Shown: positions 35,063 through 48,244, numbered from the stretch's first letter. The stretch is DNA of 64,000 nt from Heterodontus francisci (GCF_036365525.1 NC_090404.1:12800550-12864549); one strand, 5' to 3'. The notes: generated from the letters alone by a model not told the origin. Program-made: numbers and translations.

Positions 35063-36224
35063 ATTGTATCAAACCAGTGGATGATCGGTTTGGAAGATAA
35101 ATGTCTCCTGACTTGCTAAATTCTTACTCTGTCATTGAGTTCCTGTTACGGACATCAAATTTTCCAGAATGTGAATTGTTTTGATGAACCCTCTTTAAAG
35201 GAAACTATATCTTACATGTTTTTAAGATTGCAAACACACAGGGAGAAACAGTTGGAAGTCGAAGGAAGTTTTTTAATGAATATCAGTTTAATTTGGAAGA
35301 GCTTACAGTCTTGAATTAGTCACAGTTTGACAATTGATAAATTAGAATCAAACTTCTGCATTGAAATTGACAGATGGAACAGATCTATCTGCTGAGAGCC
35401 TGATTGTTGCACTGTTTGTGCCTGTTCTGTTTCTGTGCGCCTGCTCACTGCGTGGAGACCAGGAATCCTCCTGGCTGGTTGTAAACCTTCTAGTTCGTTC
35501 TCCTGTATGTAAAGGAGTAAAATTTTATCCATTTGTTTAAGAAACTTGTATCTGTGAGAAAAGTGAAATTTTGACTTGAAGTTCGATGAGACGCTTCAGC
35601 AATGAGACAATCAGAATCCAATCTGTGACAATCAGGAAAAAAACAGTTCAGAGACAGGACAGACAGACTGTAGAAGGAAATTTGGTCAGTTTGTAATCTG
35701 TAATGCACCTCCCTTGGGAGTGTTTGATTCGGCAATGCAGAGGAAGCTTTGCTGTATATTTAATCCATGCTGTAACTGTCCTGGAACTGTTTGATGGGGA
35801 CAGTGTAGAGGGAGAAATTGCTCCGCATCAAAACCGGGTTGAAACTGCCCTTGGAGGTGTTTGATGGGACAGTATCGAGGGAACTGTATTTTATATTAAA
35901 CTAGTGCTGTATCTGACCCAAAGTGACAGTGAAGTATAGAGGTGGCTTTCCACGGAATATAACGCTTGCAATTTCTGACCTTACAGCTCATGATAGGACA
36001 GACAGGGACATCTTTACTCTGTAGCCTAACTTTCTTGGACCTGACCCGAGAGTGTTTTCCCCGCAGTGCTCAAGGATCCTAAATGTGCATTTAACTAATG
36101 AGCTGTGAGTTCTCGAGCCAGATATACGAAAATAAATTGTTCAATTGCACAGATGAAACATGGCACATATATATTTTTACAATTTATTAAAGCCCAAGTT
36201 TTAATGACTTAATAATATTTAAAC

Positions 36225-37730
36225 ATGTTAAGGAAATCGCAGAAGTACTGGCCATAATTTTTCAGTCTTCCTTAGACTCGGGGGTGATTCGAAAGGACTG
36301 GAGAAGTGCAAATGTTACATCCTTGTTCAAAAAAGAGTGTAAAGATAATCCCAGCAACTACAAGCCAGTTAGTTTAACTTCGGTGGTGGGAAAACTTCAA
36401 GAAAAATAGTTTGAGAGAAAATCAATAGTCACAGGGATAAATACGAGTTAGTTAAGGAAAGCTAACATGGATTTCTTCGGGGAAAATCATGTTTAAGTGA
36501 CTTGTCAGAGTTTTTTGAGCAGGTAACGGAAAGGGTTGATGAGGGCAATGCTGTTCATGTGGTGTACATGGAGAGTCAAAATTTGATACAGTGCCACACA
36601 ACAGACTTGTAAGCAAACTTGCAGCTCATGGAATAAAAGGGACAGTAGCAACATGGATACGAAATTGGCTGAGTGATAGAAAGCAAAGAGTAGTGATTCA
36701 TGGATGTTTTTCGGGATGGTGGAACGTTTGCAGTTGAGTTCCCCAGGGATCATTGTTGGGATCCTTGCTTTTCCTGATATATATCAATGACCTAGACCTT
36801 GGTGTACAGGGCAGAAATTCAAAGTTTGCAGATGATACGAAACTTGGAAGCATTGTGATCTGTGAGGAGGATAGTGTAGAACTTCAAAAGGACATAGACA
36901 AGTTGGTGGAATGGGCAGATAGGTGGAAGATAAAGTTCAATGCAGAGAAATGTGAGGTGATTAATTTTGGTAGGAAAAACATGGAGAGAATAAAGGGCAC
37001 AATTCCAAAGGGGGTGCAGAAGGAGAGGGACCCAGGTGCATAAGTCATTGAAGGCGACAGGACAGATTGAGAGAGCGGTTAACAAAGCATACAGTATCCT
37101 GGGCTTTATTAATAGAGGCATAGAGTACAAAAGCAAGTAAGTTATGTCGAACTTGTACTAGACACTAGTTCGGGCTCAGCTGGTATATTGTGTCCAATTC
37201 TCAGCGCCGGACTTCAGGAAAGACGTGAGGGCATTGGAGAGAGTACAGAAGAGATTCAGGAGAATGGTTCCAAGTATGAGGAATTTCAGTTATGACGATA
37301 GATTTGAGAAGTTAGGACGGTTTTCCTTGGAGAAGAGAAGGCTGAGAGGTGATATGATAGAGGTATTCAAAATCATGAGGGGTCTGAACAGAGTAAATGT
37401 GGATAAATTGTTCCCACTCGTGAAAGGATCTGGAACGAGACAGCACAGATTGAAAGTATTTGGTAAGAGAAGCAAAAGTGACATGAGGAAAACATTTTCA
37501 CACAGCGAGTGGTTAATGTCTGGAATGCACAGCCTGACAAAGTGCTGGAGGCAGGTTCAATTGAAATATTCAGAAGGGAATTAGAAAGTTATATGAAAAG
37601 GAAAAACGTGCAGGGTTATGGGGAGAAGGCAGGCGAATGAAACTGAGGGAATTGCTCTTTCAGAGAGCCAGTGCAGACACAATGGACCGAATGGCCTCCA
37701 TCTGCGTTGTAACGATTCTGTGATTCTGTA
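36225..37730 (+). mobile_element. CR1 LINE RT-to-3' fragment in the J-C intron
   Basis: YINDLD, KFADDTK, LERVQKRF peptides; (GATTCTGT)n tail. Confidence 0.9.
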
Positions 37731-38279
37731 TCAGATAATCATTGAATGAGATTGGTCTGATCTTGAGTTCACTTTCAAAGCAAACAGTTTCAGGAAGTGA
37801 CTGTAACTCTCGAAAGAGCAGCGTCTGTTCTGATCTGATGGCAGTCTGATAGTTCTTTTCGCGCTTTAAATGAAGATAGTCGAGACTCCCACTCTACTTA
37901 ACCATCATGATAACCTCATGTTTGAAACCATGATTTTGTTCAAGTATTTTCAAAAGGTAACAGGCAGTGATAAATTCTGGTGAGATGCAGTTATTGGACT
38001 GGATCACAGCAGAAGGCACAAAGTCACTGAAGTCAGCTTGTGTGAAACTTTTGAAGTGGTAAGGTTAGCCTGCACTCAATGTCAATCACAATGAGCTTTA
38101 AGTCTCTCACAGTATCTTCTGGACTCATTTGTATTAAATCCTTTAGATCGTCTTATTTTAAAACAAATCTCTTCCATTACAATACGCAACAAAAATATAT
38201 GTCACAGAGATGTCCAAATTATGAAGCCTTTACTCTCATTAAATTTGTAAGAACTAATTCTACTGAGTCGGGTAGAATC

Positions 38280-40400
38280 AAAGAATCTTACAGCACGGAA
38301 TGTGGCCATTCGGCCTGTCATGCCTGCGTTAGCTCTCAAAGAACTCTCCAATTTAATCCGACAAGCCAGTGTTTTTCCCCTCATAACCATGCAAATTAGT
38401 CCCCTACGAGGACATGTCCGGTTGCCTTGTGCATTCCAGACGCGCTTCCAGAGAGCCTGCACTGACACGATGGGTCGAATGACCTCCTTTTTTGCTGTCG
38501 TCATTCTGTGGTCCGATGGAAAACACCCTCCTTCTGCAACCACCACCTCTCCCCCACTGCATTTTTTTTGCCAATTAATTTTTTACTGACTCATTTGCTA
38601 GAGGAAATAGCGTCTCTTCATCTGCCAGATAAAAACATCCCATAATTTTAATATACCTATTCGGTAACCACCTAAGGAGAACAATTCGGCTTGTATAATA
38701 TCTCTACATAACTGAATTCCTCATACCTGACATCACCCTAGTCAAGTCTCTCTGCACTCCCCCAAGGCCTTGACATTCTTCCAGAATTGTGCAAAAATTA
38801 CTCCAGCCTAATCAGTGACTTGTAAAGCTTTAATATGACTTCCTTGTTTTTGTATTCAATGCTACAATTTACAAGACCAAGTATTCCATTTTCTTTCTTC
38901 GCCGCCTGCAAAACATTGTGAATATGCACTTCAGGTCCCTCTACTTTTCTACCAACTTCAAAATAGTACCATTTAGGTTACATTAACTTTTCATGTTGTT
39001 CCTCAGAAAAGTGCAGCACTTCACATTTAACAGAATTAAATTGTACCTGCTCTGTTCCTGAACATTTTACCTGTCTATCTATGTCCTCCTGAAACCTCTT
39101 ACTATCCTGCTCATATCTGTTTTGTATCATGCTTGATCCTTGAAATTCTGCTCCCCACATCCAAGACCACCGCATTATATTTAACAAAAAAAGCAATGAC
39201 CCCATGACCAACCAAGGGGGATCACAATGCTTAATTCTTTCCAGTCAGAAAAGCATTGGTTCACTGTCTCTCTCTGCTTCCTGTACATTAGCAGATTACC
39301 ATCATCCCTTTAATCCATGTGCTCTACTTTCCCAATGTTTTGTCATGTGGTATGTTATCTAATGCCATTTGAAAGCCAATGTGTCCTACTTTTGCGCCAC
39401 CAACATCGGCAATATCTTTTCCATCATATTGGTGACGGAGCTTTCAAAATCTGATCAATAAGCCTCATGTGTTTGAATTGACAACACAAACCAGGTGAGT
39501 TGATCCTGTCAGCAATAACACTTCAGGAACTTTTGTCCTTCCTTGCATGGAACCTACCGATATTCAATCGATGTATAACGTGTAAGTGATGTCAAAATCA
39601 GAGAATTATAAAAGAAACCTGTCTTGATGGTTACATTATGGTCGGTGCAAGCAGCAAAAAGAGATGTCTGTAACGACACAGTCAACAATACCAGTTCTCA
39701 TTGGTGAGAGGTGGGAAGATAATTTGGAAAATTAAATGGAGCATTTCAAGAACATTGCTCCAAATGACCGATTTTTAGGAATGGGATTTAATTCGGATTG
39801 TTAATTGAGTTGGAACGAGAAGCAAACTCGGGAGAGATCCATTCAGTAGAATAAAATAGAACACAAATCACAATCCTCAAGTACTGAGAAGGAAAGTGAT
39901 AGCCTAGAATCAATGCAAAGTCATCTAAATCTCTAATTCCAGAAACTAGGTAGTGTAAAAATTCCCCTTTGAAATCTGAGTACTGAATGATTAAGTCCAT
40001 ATTTAAAGGAGACTTCAACTATTTACTGCAAAAGTTATTTATTGTGATGGGGACATAGAAGATTAAGATGAAGTCTGGTAGAGGTGCTTTGAATAATGAA
40101 TGGTTTTATACTGAAATTCAGAAACCAATTTCCCCAAATCAGTGAGTTGGTTTGTAGAGGGCACTGATTTAAAATCAGCGTCAAAAGAATGAAGGAAGAG
40201 GGTATGGATCTACTTTTCTACACAGGGGGTTGTTAGGATCTGAGATGTCCCATCAGAAAGAGGGCTGTAAACAGAATCCAAAATAGCTGGATAAAAGTGA
40301 ACATTTGAAAAGAAGATTAGAAATTGGAAGGTCAGTGAAATTGCTGGAGTGAACTTTCACAGGCCTGACGGACTGAATAGCCTCCTTCTCTGCTATCATC
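38280..40400. mobile_element. Old CR1 fragments (38280-39400 mostly -, 40030-40400 +) separated by unassigned sequence
   Basis: FQEDIDR...KCEVLHF peptide and CR1 3'-end motifs. Confidence 0.6.
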
Positions 40401-41033
40401 TCTATTATTTTATAATCTTGGGTCATGAACATGCTAGGATTTATTCTGGGTTTTAGGGGGAAATAATGGAATTACTTTGCCTGGCAGTCAAGTTTCGAGT
40501 TTTAAGCTCACTTTATAAGCACGCATTGCAATGGCACTTTTTAAAAGTAGTCGCTATTTTTTGCGAGATGGGGTGGGTGGTGGTGGCTGGCTGTGGGTTG
40601 GGAGGGAGTGGAGGGGTGAGGGAACCCAGCTGTCTATTTGTAGAGAGCAAATCTCCAAAAACTGCAATTAATAAATGCCGAGGGCTTTATATTTTGACAA
40701 AGTGCTGTTGGTTTAGAAATAAATACTGGCCGGAATAGCGGGCAATCTCCACTTCCTGTTTAATCCAATGAAAGTTACTTTATTGAGATGGCTTCAAAAG
40801 GCCCTTATTTTTACAATGTAACAAATCCTGAAAGATAAGTGCGTTCCTGACCAGGGGACCAACAGGTGATGATTACCAAATAATGGACCTCATAGAAGTT
40901 CAAATGCAGATGAAGGTTTTAATCGGAAAATATTGCAATCAGTTTTTAGCTGGAGTCAAATTCCGAGTTGTCTGGATACTTAATAATCATGAATCACAGA
41001 GTCTAACTTGTTCAAACTGCCATTTCTTCCCAG

Positions 41034-41330
41034 CGACACCGTCTCCGCCAATCCTTTATGGCCTGTGCTCCTGTGAACAACCTAACACCGACGGCTCCTT
41101 GGCCTACGGCTGTTTGGCGATGGACTACATCCCCGAAATCACCACTGTTTCCTGGAAGAAAGATAATCAGCCGATCACCACTGGATTGAAGACTTACCCA
41201 TCAGTGCTGAACAAGAAGGGAACCTACACCCGGAGCAGCCAGTTAACAATCACAGAGTCAGAGGTGGGAAGCAGTAAAATCTACTGCGAGGTTCGACGTG
41301 GAGAGTCGCTCTGGGTCAAGGAAATTCCAG
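41034..41330 (+). CDS. IGHM: IgM Cmu1 exon ([14 protein letters not shown]...[16 protein letters not shown])
   Basis: Acceptor TTTCTTCCCAG, donor GTTAGT, 297 nt, phase 1/1, C1-set Cys/Trp/Cys. Confidence 0.96.
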
Positions 41331-41540
41331 GTTAGTGTTGTGGAAACTGTGAAAAACAGAAAAGCTGGAATGATCTTGTGTAAAGCTTTGGCTCTACCAC
41401 ATTTAGAATACTGTGAACAGTTCTGATCCCTGGAAATCCCTGTTAGAGTCTGCTTACAGCAAAGATCCTATTAAAATATAAGAACAGTTTGCATTAGTTG
41501 TTAATTTCTTCCAGAAATGTCTAACATGTTTTTCTTGAAG

Positions 41541-41858
41541 ATTGTAAAGGTGACATCGTCCATCCAACTGTTATCCTCACCCAGACATCCAGTGAAGAAA
41601 TCACAAGCAGCAGATTTGCAACTGTCGTGTGTTCAATAATCGATTTCCATCCAGAGTCAATAACCGTGAGTTGGTTGAAGGATGGACAACACATGGAATC
41701 GGGCTTCGTCACCTCTCCCGCCTGTGAAGTGAACGGGAACTTCTCAGCGACCAGTCGGCTGACAGTCCCCGCTGGGGAATGGTTCACCAACACGGTCTAT
41801 ACCTGCCAGGTCTCTCATCAAGGGGTGACACAAAGCCGAAACATCACCGGATCTCAGG
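41541..41858 (+). CDS. IGHM: IgM Cmu2 exon ([11 protein letters not shown]...[20 protein letters not shown])
   Basis: Acceptor TTTTTCTTGAAG, donor GTAAGA, 318 nt, C1-set motifs (VSWLKDG, YTCQVSH). Confidence 0.96.
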
Positions 41859-41889
41859 GTAAGAGACACAAACCGAGGAAGCTCCAGAT

Positions 41890-43870
41890 CATTCTGTGCA
41901 CCGCTAGTTTTGCTAGGGCTCCTTGATGCCATACTCGGTCAAATGCTGCCTTGATGTCAAGTGCAATTGCACTCAGCTCACCTCTTGAGTTCAGCTCTTT
42001 TGTCCATGTTTAGATCAAAGCTGTGATTAGGGCGGGAACTGATGAGCCTGGTGGAACCCAAACTGAGTGTCAGTGAGCAGGTTATTGCCAAGCAAGTGTG
42101 GCTTGATAGCACTGTCGATGACCACCTTTCTTCACTTTCCTGATGATCAAGTATAGACTGATGGGCCAGTAATTGACTGGGTTGTATTTGTCCTGATGTT
42201 TGTGTACAGGACCACCTGGGCAATTTTCCACGTTGTCGGGTAGATGCCACTGTTGTAGCCGTACTGGAACAACTTGGCTAGGGGCGTTGCAAGTTCTGGA
42301 GCAAACGTCTTCAGTACAATTGCTGGAATGTCGTCAGGGCCCATAGCCTTTGTAGTATCCAGTGCCTTCCGTCGTTTCTTAATATCACGGGGAGTGAATC
42401 CAATTGGCTGAAGACTGGCATCTGTGATGCTGGGAACTTCAGGAGGAGACCGAGATGGATCATCCACTCGGCACTTCTGGCTGAAGATTGTTGCAAGTGC
42501 TTCAGCCTTATCTTTTGCACTGATGTAGTGGGCTCCCCCATCATTGAGGATGAGGATATTTGTGGAGCCACCTCCTCCAGTTAGTTGTTTTAATTGTCCA
42601 CCATTATTAAGGACTCTAAGTGGCTGGACAGCAGAGCTCAGCTCCGATCCATTGGTTGTGGGATCACTTAGCTCTGTCTATTGTATGCTGCTTCTGCTGT
42701 TTGGCACGCAAGTAGTTTTGTGTTGTTGCTTCGCCAGGTTTATTTTGAGGTATGCCGGGTGCTGCTGTTGGCATGCCTTCCTGCTCTCTTCATTGAACCA
42801 GGATTGACCCCCTGGCTTGATGTTAATGGTAGATTGGGGGATGTGCCAGACCATGAGGTTACAGATTGTGGCTGAATGCAATTCTGCTGCTGCTGATGTT
42901 CCACAGCGCCTCATGGATGCCCAGTCGTGATTTGTTAGACCCATGCCACACAACACGATAGAGGGTATCCTCAGGTTGAAGATGGAACTTCGTCTCCACA
43001 AAGGCCGTGCGGTGGTCACTCCTACCAATACTGTCATGGACAGATGCATCTGCGACATTCAGATTGGTGAGGACGAGGTCAAGTAGGTTCTTCCCTCTGG
43101 TTGGCTCCCTCACCACCTGCCGCAGACCCAGAGTAGCAGGTATGTCCTTCAGGACTCGACCAGTAGTGGTGCTACCGAGTCACTCTTGGTGATGGACATT
43201 TAAATCCCCCACCAGGAGTACATTCTGCGCCCTTACCATCCGCAGTGCTTCCTCCAAGTGGTGTTCAATATGGAGGAGTACTGATGCATCAACTGAGGAG
43301 GGGGAGGGGGAGGGGTTAGGTGTGGCAGATGGCAATCAGCAGGATCTTTCCTTACCCATGTTTGACCTAATGCCGTGAGACTTCATGGGGTCCCGAGTCG
43401 ATGTTGAGGATTCCCAGGCCAAATTCTTCTCGACTATATATCACTGTGCCACTACCTCTGCTGGGTATATCCTGCCAGTGGGACAGGACATATCCAGGGA
43501 TTGTGATGGTGGTGTCTGGGACATTATCTGTAAGGTACCATTCCGTGAGTATGACTATGGCAGACTGTTACTTGACTAGTCCGTGGAACAGCTCTCTCAG
43601 GTTTTGCACAAACCCCCAGATGTTGGAAAGGAGGACTTTGCAGGGTCGACAGGACTGGGTTTGCCATTATTTCCAGGGCCTAGGTCGATGCCAGGTGGTC
43701 CACCGGTTTCGTTCCTTATCTGCTTTGTGGCGGTTTGATACAACTCAGTGGCTCGCTAGGCCATTTCAGAGGCCAGTCAAGAGTCAACCACACTGCTGTG
43801 GGTCTGGAGTCACATGTCGGCCAGACCCAGGTAAGAAGGCAGATGTTCTTTCCTGAAGGGCGTTAGTGAC
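41890..43870 (-). mobile_element. Family B LINE (5' UTR, endonuclease, start of RT), antisense in the Cmu2-Cmu3 intron
   Basis: VREPTRGKNLLDLVLTN...SDH (APE C-terminus); GPDDIPAIVLK; 5' UTR at 43740-43870. Confidence 0.9.
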
Positions 43871-44049
43871 ATAAATGTTTTAGAATCTCCAAAAAGCTTT
43901 TTCAAATCATTGTCCTTTCAATAAACAGTGCTGTTGCAGGAAGAAGTGTTTTTTTTTCTTTTCACCACTGCTGAAGAAAGTGCAGGTTGAATACTAGTGT
44001 CCTGATTCTGAAGATAGAGCTTTGGTTGACTATCATTTCTATTTCACAG

Positions 44050-44355
44050 ATACTTCGTGCAATGATCCAGTAATTAAACTACTGCCACCATCAATAGAAC
44101 AGGTCTTACTGGAGGCGACGGTGACCTTAACCTGCGTCGTGTCTAATGCTCCTTATGGCGTCAACGTGTCCTGGACCCAAGAAAAGAAGCCTTTGAAATC
44201 AGAGATTGCCGTCCAACCCGGAGAGGATTCCGACAGCGTGATCAGCACCGTAAAAACCTCAACACAAGCCTGGCTAAGTGGGGCTGTGTTCGACTGCGTG
44301 GTGAGCCATCAGGATCTGCCGACTCCTCTCAGAGATTCCATCCATAAGGAAGAAG
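44050..44355 (+). CDS. IGHM: IgM Cmu3 exon ([15 protein letters not shown]...[20 protein letters not shown])
   Basis: Acceptor TTTCACAG, donor GTGAGC, 306 nt, open frame. Confidence 0.96.
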
Positions 44356-44846
44356 GTGAGCAGAGAGATTGAAGCAATAAGTGAGAGGTTGTGCCTACTT
44401 CCTGTGTTTGTGAAGGGGGAAATTCGTCCTATTAAGTGCTCAAATGGATTATTCTGATCATTTATTTGCAATTCCACTAACGAAACCCTCTGTAACCATA
44501 AGTGATCTATTTAAGGAAGAATAAGTAGATTAACACGAAAGAAACAGAAGGAGATGAAGTAAGGTGGGAGGAGGTTCGTGTAGAGCATAAACACCAGCAA
44601 AAATTAGATGGGCCGAAAGGCCTATGCAGTAAATTCTATGTAATTTTTTAGTCTAATCCTTTAAGTTCTCAGCGAGAAGGATTGTATCCGCCTCTGCTCA
44701 GGGCTGGAAAACCGGACAGGCCCCAACGGGAAAAAAGAAAACCTGTAAAATTCAGCGCAAAGCACATTTCTCTCACATCTAACCACCGGCTTCATTGCCT
44801 CGGGTACTCTCCAGTTTATTGACATTTATTTTATTTTTTTCTGCAG

Positions 44847-45238
44847 TTAAAGATCTGCGGGAACCATCTGTGTCTGTCCTTCTGCCCCCGGCAGAAGAAG
44901 TCTCCGCTCAGAGATTCCTCTCCCTCACCTGCTTAGTGAGAGGTTTCTCCCCCCGAGAGATCTTCATCAAGTGGACCGTCAATGACAAGTCGGTGAATCC
45001 CGGTAACTACAAGAACACCGAGGTGATGGCAGAGAACGACAATAGCTCCTACTTCATCTACAGCCTGTTATCCATTGCAGCGGAGGAGTGGGCCAGCGGC
45101 GCTTCTTACTCCTGTGTGGTGGGACATGAAGCTATCCCCTTGAAGATCATCAACAGAACGGTTAATAAATCCAGTGGTAAACCGAGTTTTGTGAACATTT
45201 CCCTTGCATTGTTGGACACTGTCAATTCATGTCAATGA
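44847..45238 (+). CDS. IGHM: IgM Cmu4 exon plus secretory tailpiece (...[24 protein letters not shown]); internal donor after 45176 for the membrane form
   Basis: Acceptor TTTTCTGCAG; conserved Cmu4 motifs ([24 protein letters not shown]); tailpiece with NIS sequon and penultimate Cys; G|GTAAA donor at 45176/45177. Confidence 0.97.
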
Positions 45239-45266
45239 GAATCTCTTGATTGCATTTCAATTCTTA

Positions 45267-45282
45267 AATAAAAACCAATAAA
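45267..45282 (+). terminator. Tandem poly(A) signals for secreted IgM
   Basis: AATAAA at 45267 and 45277, 30-40 nt after the stop codon. Confidence 0.85.
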
Positions 45283-46179
45283 GATATTTTCTTCCAATCG
45301 CGATTTAAATACACAACGCTGAATTAATTTTGCTTCCCACATTTGCTTAGGGCGGGTCTATTCATCTAAAGTAGGATATTTGTAACTCTAAGGCGCAAGC
45401 CTTGTACAACAAGTGCTCCCAGCTCAGATACGCCAAAGGTTAGTTACAGAATAAAACTGATACTTTTCAGGATTCCGTAGCATAACTTCAGCAACTTTCT
45501 TCCCGAAGGTGGAAATCTGAAAATTTCCCTTTTTCAACAAACAAACGCCGCACATTTAAATCCCGGTATCCCTGTTGTGTCTATTCCTTCAGAATTTGGG
45601 TTAATTTTAAATTACAGCATTGCAACCACTGGGAACTGAGGAGAGGGCCCAACGTGCAAATATGAGCTGCAGCACAATCCACCATTAGAAAGAGGGGAAA
45701 GGACAATGTATTAACTCTTTCCCACTTCCTAAACACCTGGATGGACAGGGCAATTGTTAATCCACTGTCACTCCACTTCTCCTATTGAGAGAGGGCAAAG
45801 GCAATCGTGAACCGACTGTAGCCCCTTACCCAAACTCCCCCGACAGAGAAAGGAGCAAGGGTATTTGTTAACCCACTCTCCTTCCACTGCCCCGGCAGAG
45901 AGATTGGAAGACAACTGCTCTCGACTATATGGACTCAGTTGCCATCAGTACAAAGTCGGCTTGTAGCTCACTGTGCGAAGGATTTAAACTTTCCACATTG
46001 TATAACATATATGTATGCAACATAATATCTTTAAACTTTTCCCTGTTAATCTTATTTGAACTGATTGAATTCTAATAGTCCAAATCTAATTGGTGATAGA
46101 AACCTCTGTTCTTTCACAGTTGTGCTTCTGATGTTTCTGAGGCCCATCAGTTGCATTGCTGTATGCATTCAGACGACGA

Positions 46180-47070
46180 CATATTGCATCTCTCACATAC
46201 ACAAACACACACATACACACTCACACATGATCAGACCCAAATGCTGATATAAATGCTCCCACAGTCACACATACAAACATAAACATAAACACTCACCTTA
46301 GTACAGTCTCACGTACAGAGACACATAGACATAAAATCAGACACTAGGATACACATTAATACACATGCATGAGCGCACATACTCGCACATTAACAGACTC
46401 ACACATGTACACATAAACACACAAATAAATAGACGCATTAACACATTCACTCACACACAAATGTACATCAACATTACTGTACTGACACACACTCATGAAT
46501 ATACAAACACGCACATAAACTTATACATTAGCACACATGTACATAGAATCACACATTAACACACGCATTCAGACATAAATGTGGACATCAAGACATAAAA
46601 ACACACAATATCACCCTTTTGGGGCACAAGAAGTCATAAACAAGCACATTAACACACCCTTTAAAACATTGACACATGAACATACACTAACTTACAGGGA
46701 AACATAAACACATCCATTGACACAGAAACACAGATTAACAAACTCATGGACACACACACACACCCACACAGATAACTAAATATTAACAAGCTCATGCAAT
46801 CACATGGACAGATCGATACAACACACAGACACACACATACAGGCAGTCACTTGAATACACATATCAATGCACATTGGCACATTAACACAAATTAACATAC
46901 ATGGACACATACACACAGCCGTCAACATTTAAACAAGAACATTGACACACACACTTGGGTACACAAACAAACAAGCACACTCATTAACACTCGCACACAT
47001 GGAAGCACAAACACAGAGCAATTCAAAGCAAGACATACTCAAACACACATACACAAACACAAAAGCGCAG
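46180..47070. repeat. AC-rich low-complexity tract between Cmu4 and TM1
   Basis: Degenerate (CA)n/ACAT. Confidence 0.85.
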
Positions 47071-47528
47071 AAACGAAAATGCCAGACTATAGACGAAAGC
47101 AGAATTCAAATGCACTCTTTGAACAGACACCATCTCCATTACTTACCCTAATACATGTTGGACCTATCTTCCTGAACCTATCTTCGAAATAATTGTTAGC
47201 AATCAATAAAACATCCTCTATATCTAACCATAAAATTCCTAATGATGGAACGGAATCGATCCAAAATAAAATAGTGCCTGACACTGAAGAAAAGAACTGA
47301 CATCTTTTCCAACACTACCTGGACGCGGATCATAAAGGAAGCACGGCTGTGGAGTTAGTAACAGAGATAGATTTCTGAACGTGATTAAATTAACAATGAA
47401 TATACATTGAAAATTAAATTAGAGAGCAAAATAATGGTTCAGGAAGAGAATTGCCAATGCAAAATGACAATCTTATATCCTGGATTAAGAAACGATATAA
47501 ATACTTTTCCTCCTCAACATCCCCGTAG

Positions 47529-47656
47529 ATTCCTTAGACCACATCTGGATTGAAGACAATGAGGAAGAGAGCGGCAACATCTGGACAACCGCTTCCACAT
47601 TCATCATCCTGTTCTTCCTGAGCATTTTCTACAGTGCTGCCGTCACTCTGGTGAAG
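47529..47656 (+). CDS. IGHM: IgM TM1 exon ([43 protein letters not shown])
   Basis: Phase-1 acceptor CCCGTAG, acidic spacer, CART-type TM motif (W-T-T-A-S-T-F...LF...S..YS...T), donor GTGAGA; missed by the ORF track. Confidence 0.96.
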
Positions 47657-47802
47657 GTGAGAATATTCAATCCACTCACACTTCAATTTGACTGAAGCTG
47701 TTTCACAAATGTCTAAACGTTTCATAAATTTTAAAAGATACTCTGAGATAAATGTACCAGACCGCGAAACCTTTGCTTCATTCTTTTATTCCTCTTTTAC
47801 AG

Positions 47803-47811
47803 GTCAAGTGA
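47803..47811 (+). CDS. IGHM: IgM TM2 exon (VK*), giving a KVK cytoplasmic tail
   Basis: Strong polypyrimidine acceptor CCTCTTTTACAG followed by GTC AAG TGA. Confidence 0.93.
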   Translation, partial: VK

Positions 47812-48238
47812 TTGATTGAATTTCTGCCGCCCTGGATTTTCCTCATTTTTAACATCTCTGTATTACCAAACAAACTGTAAACGTAAAATGCCGTCAGTTT
47901 ATGGTTCCGAATCTGTAGCTGAGAAAACCATAAACAATATTTCAGTTTTTCTGTTTGAAATGTACGAGATAATCATCGCTATAATGTAAATGTATCTTCG
48001 AGTTTCATCGTTGTTTGAACTTCATGTGTAAATAAGTATCTAGTCCTTAATCACAAGTGTTTGGTTTCCTTTATGTTGAGACCCTGTTTTCTCTTTCTGG
48101 TTGTAACAGGTTTACAGATAGCTGGCAGCTCAGTCTGCATGTGTCCTGTTTTCAATGTGTCTCACAGTTGTAATATTCATTTTGGACCTTTCTTTTAAAA
48201 ATATTGTTTTCTGTCAAATCTTCCTTTTTGAAATTGTT

Positions 48239-48244
48239 AATAAA
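48239..48244 (+). terminator. Probable poly(A) signal for membrane IgM
   Basis: First AATAAA I found after TM2 (~430-nt 3' UTR). Confidence 0.6.
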
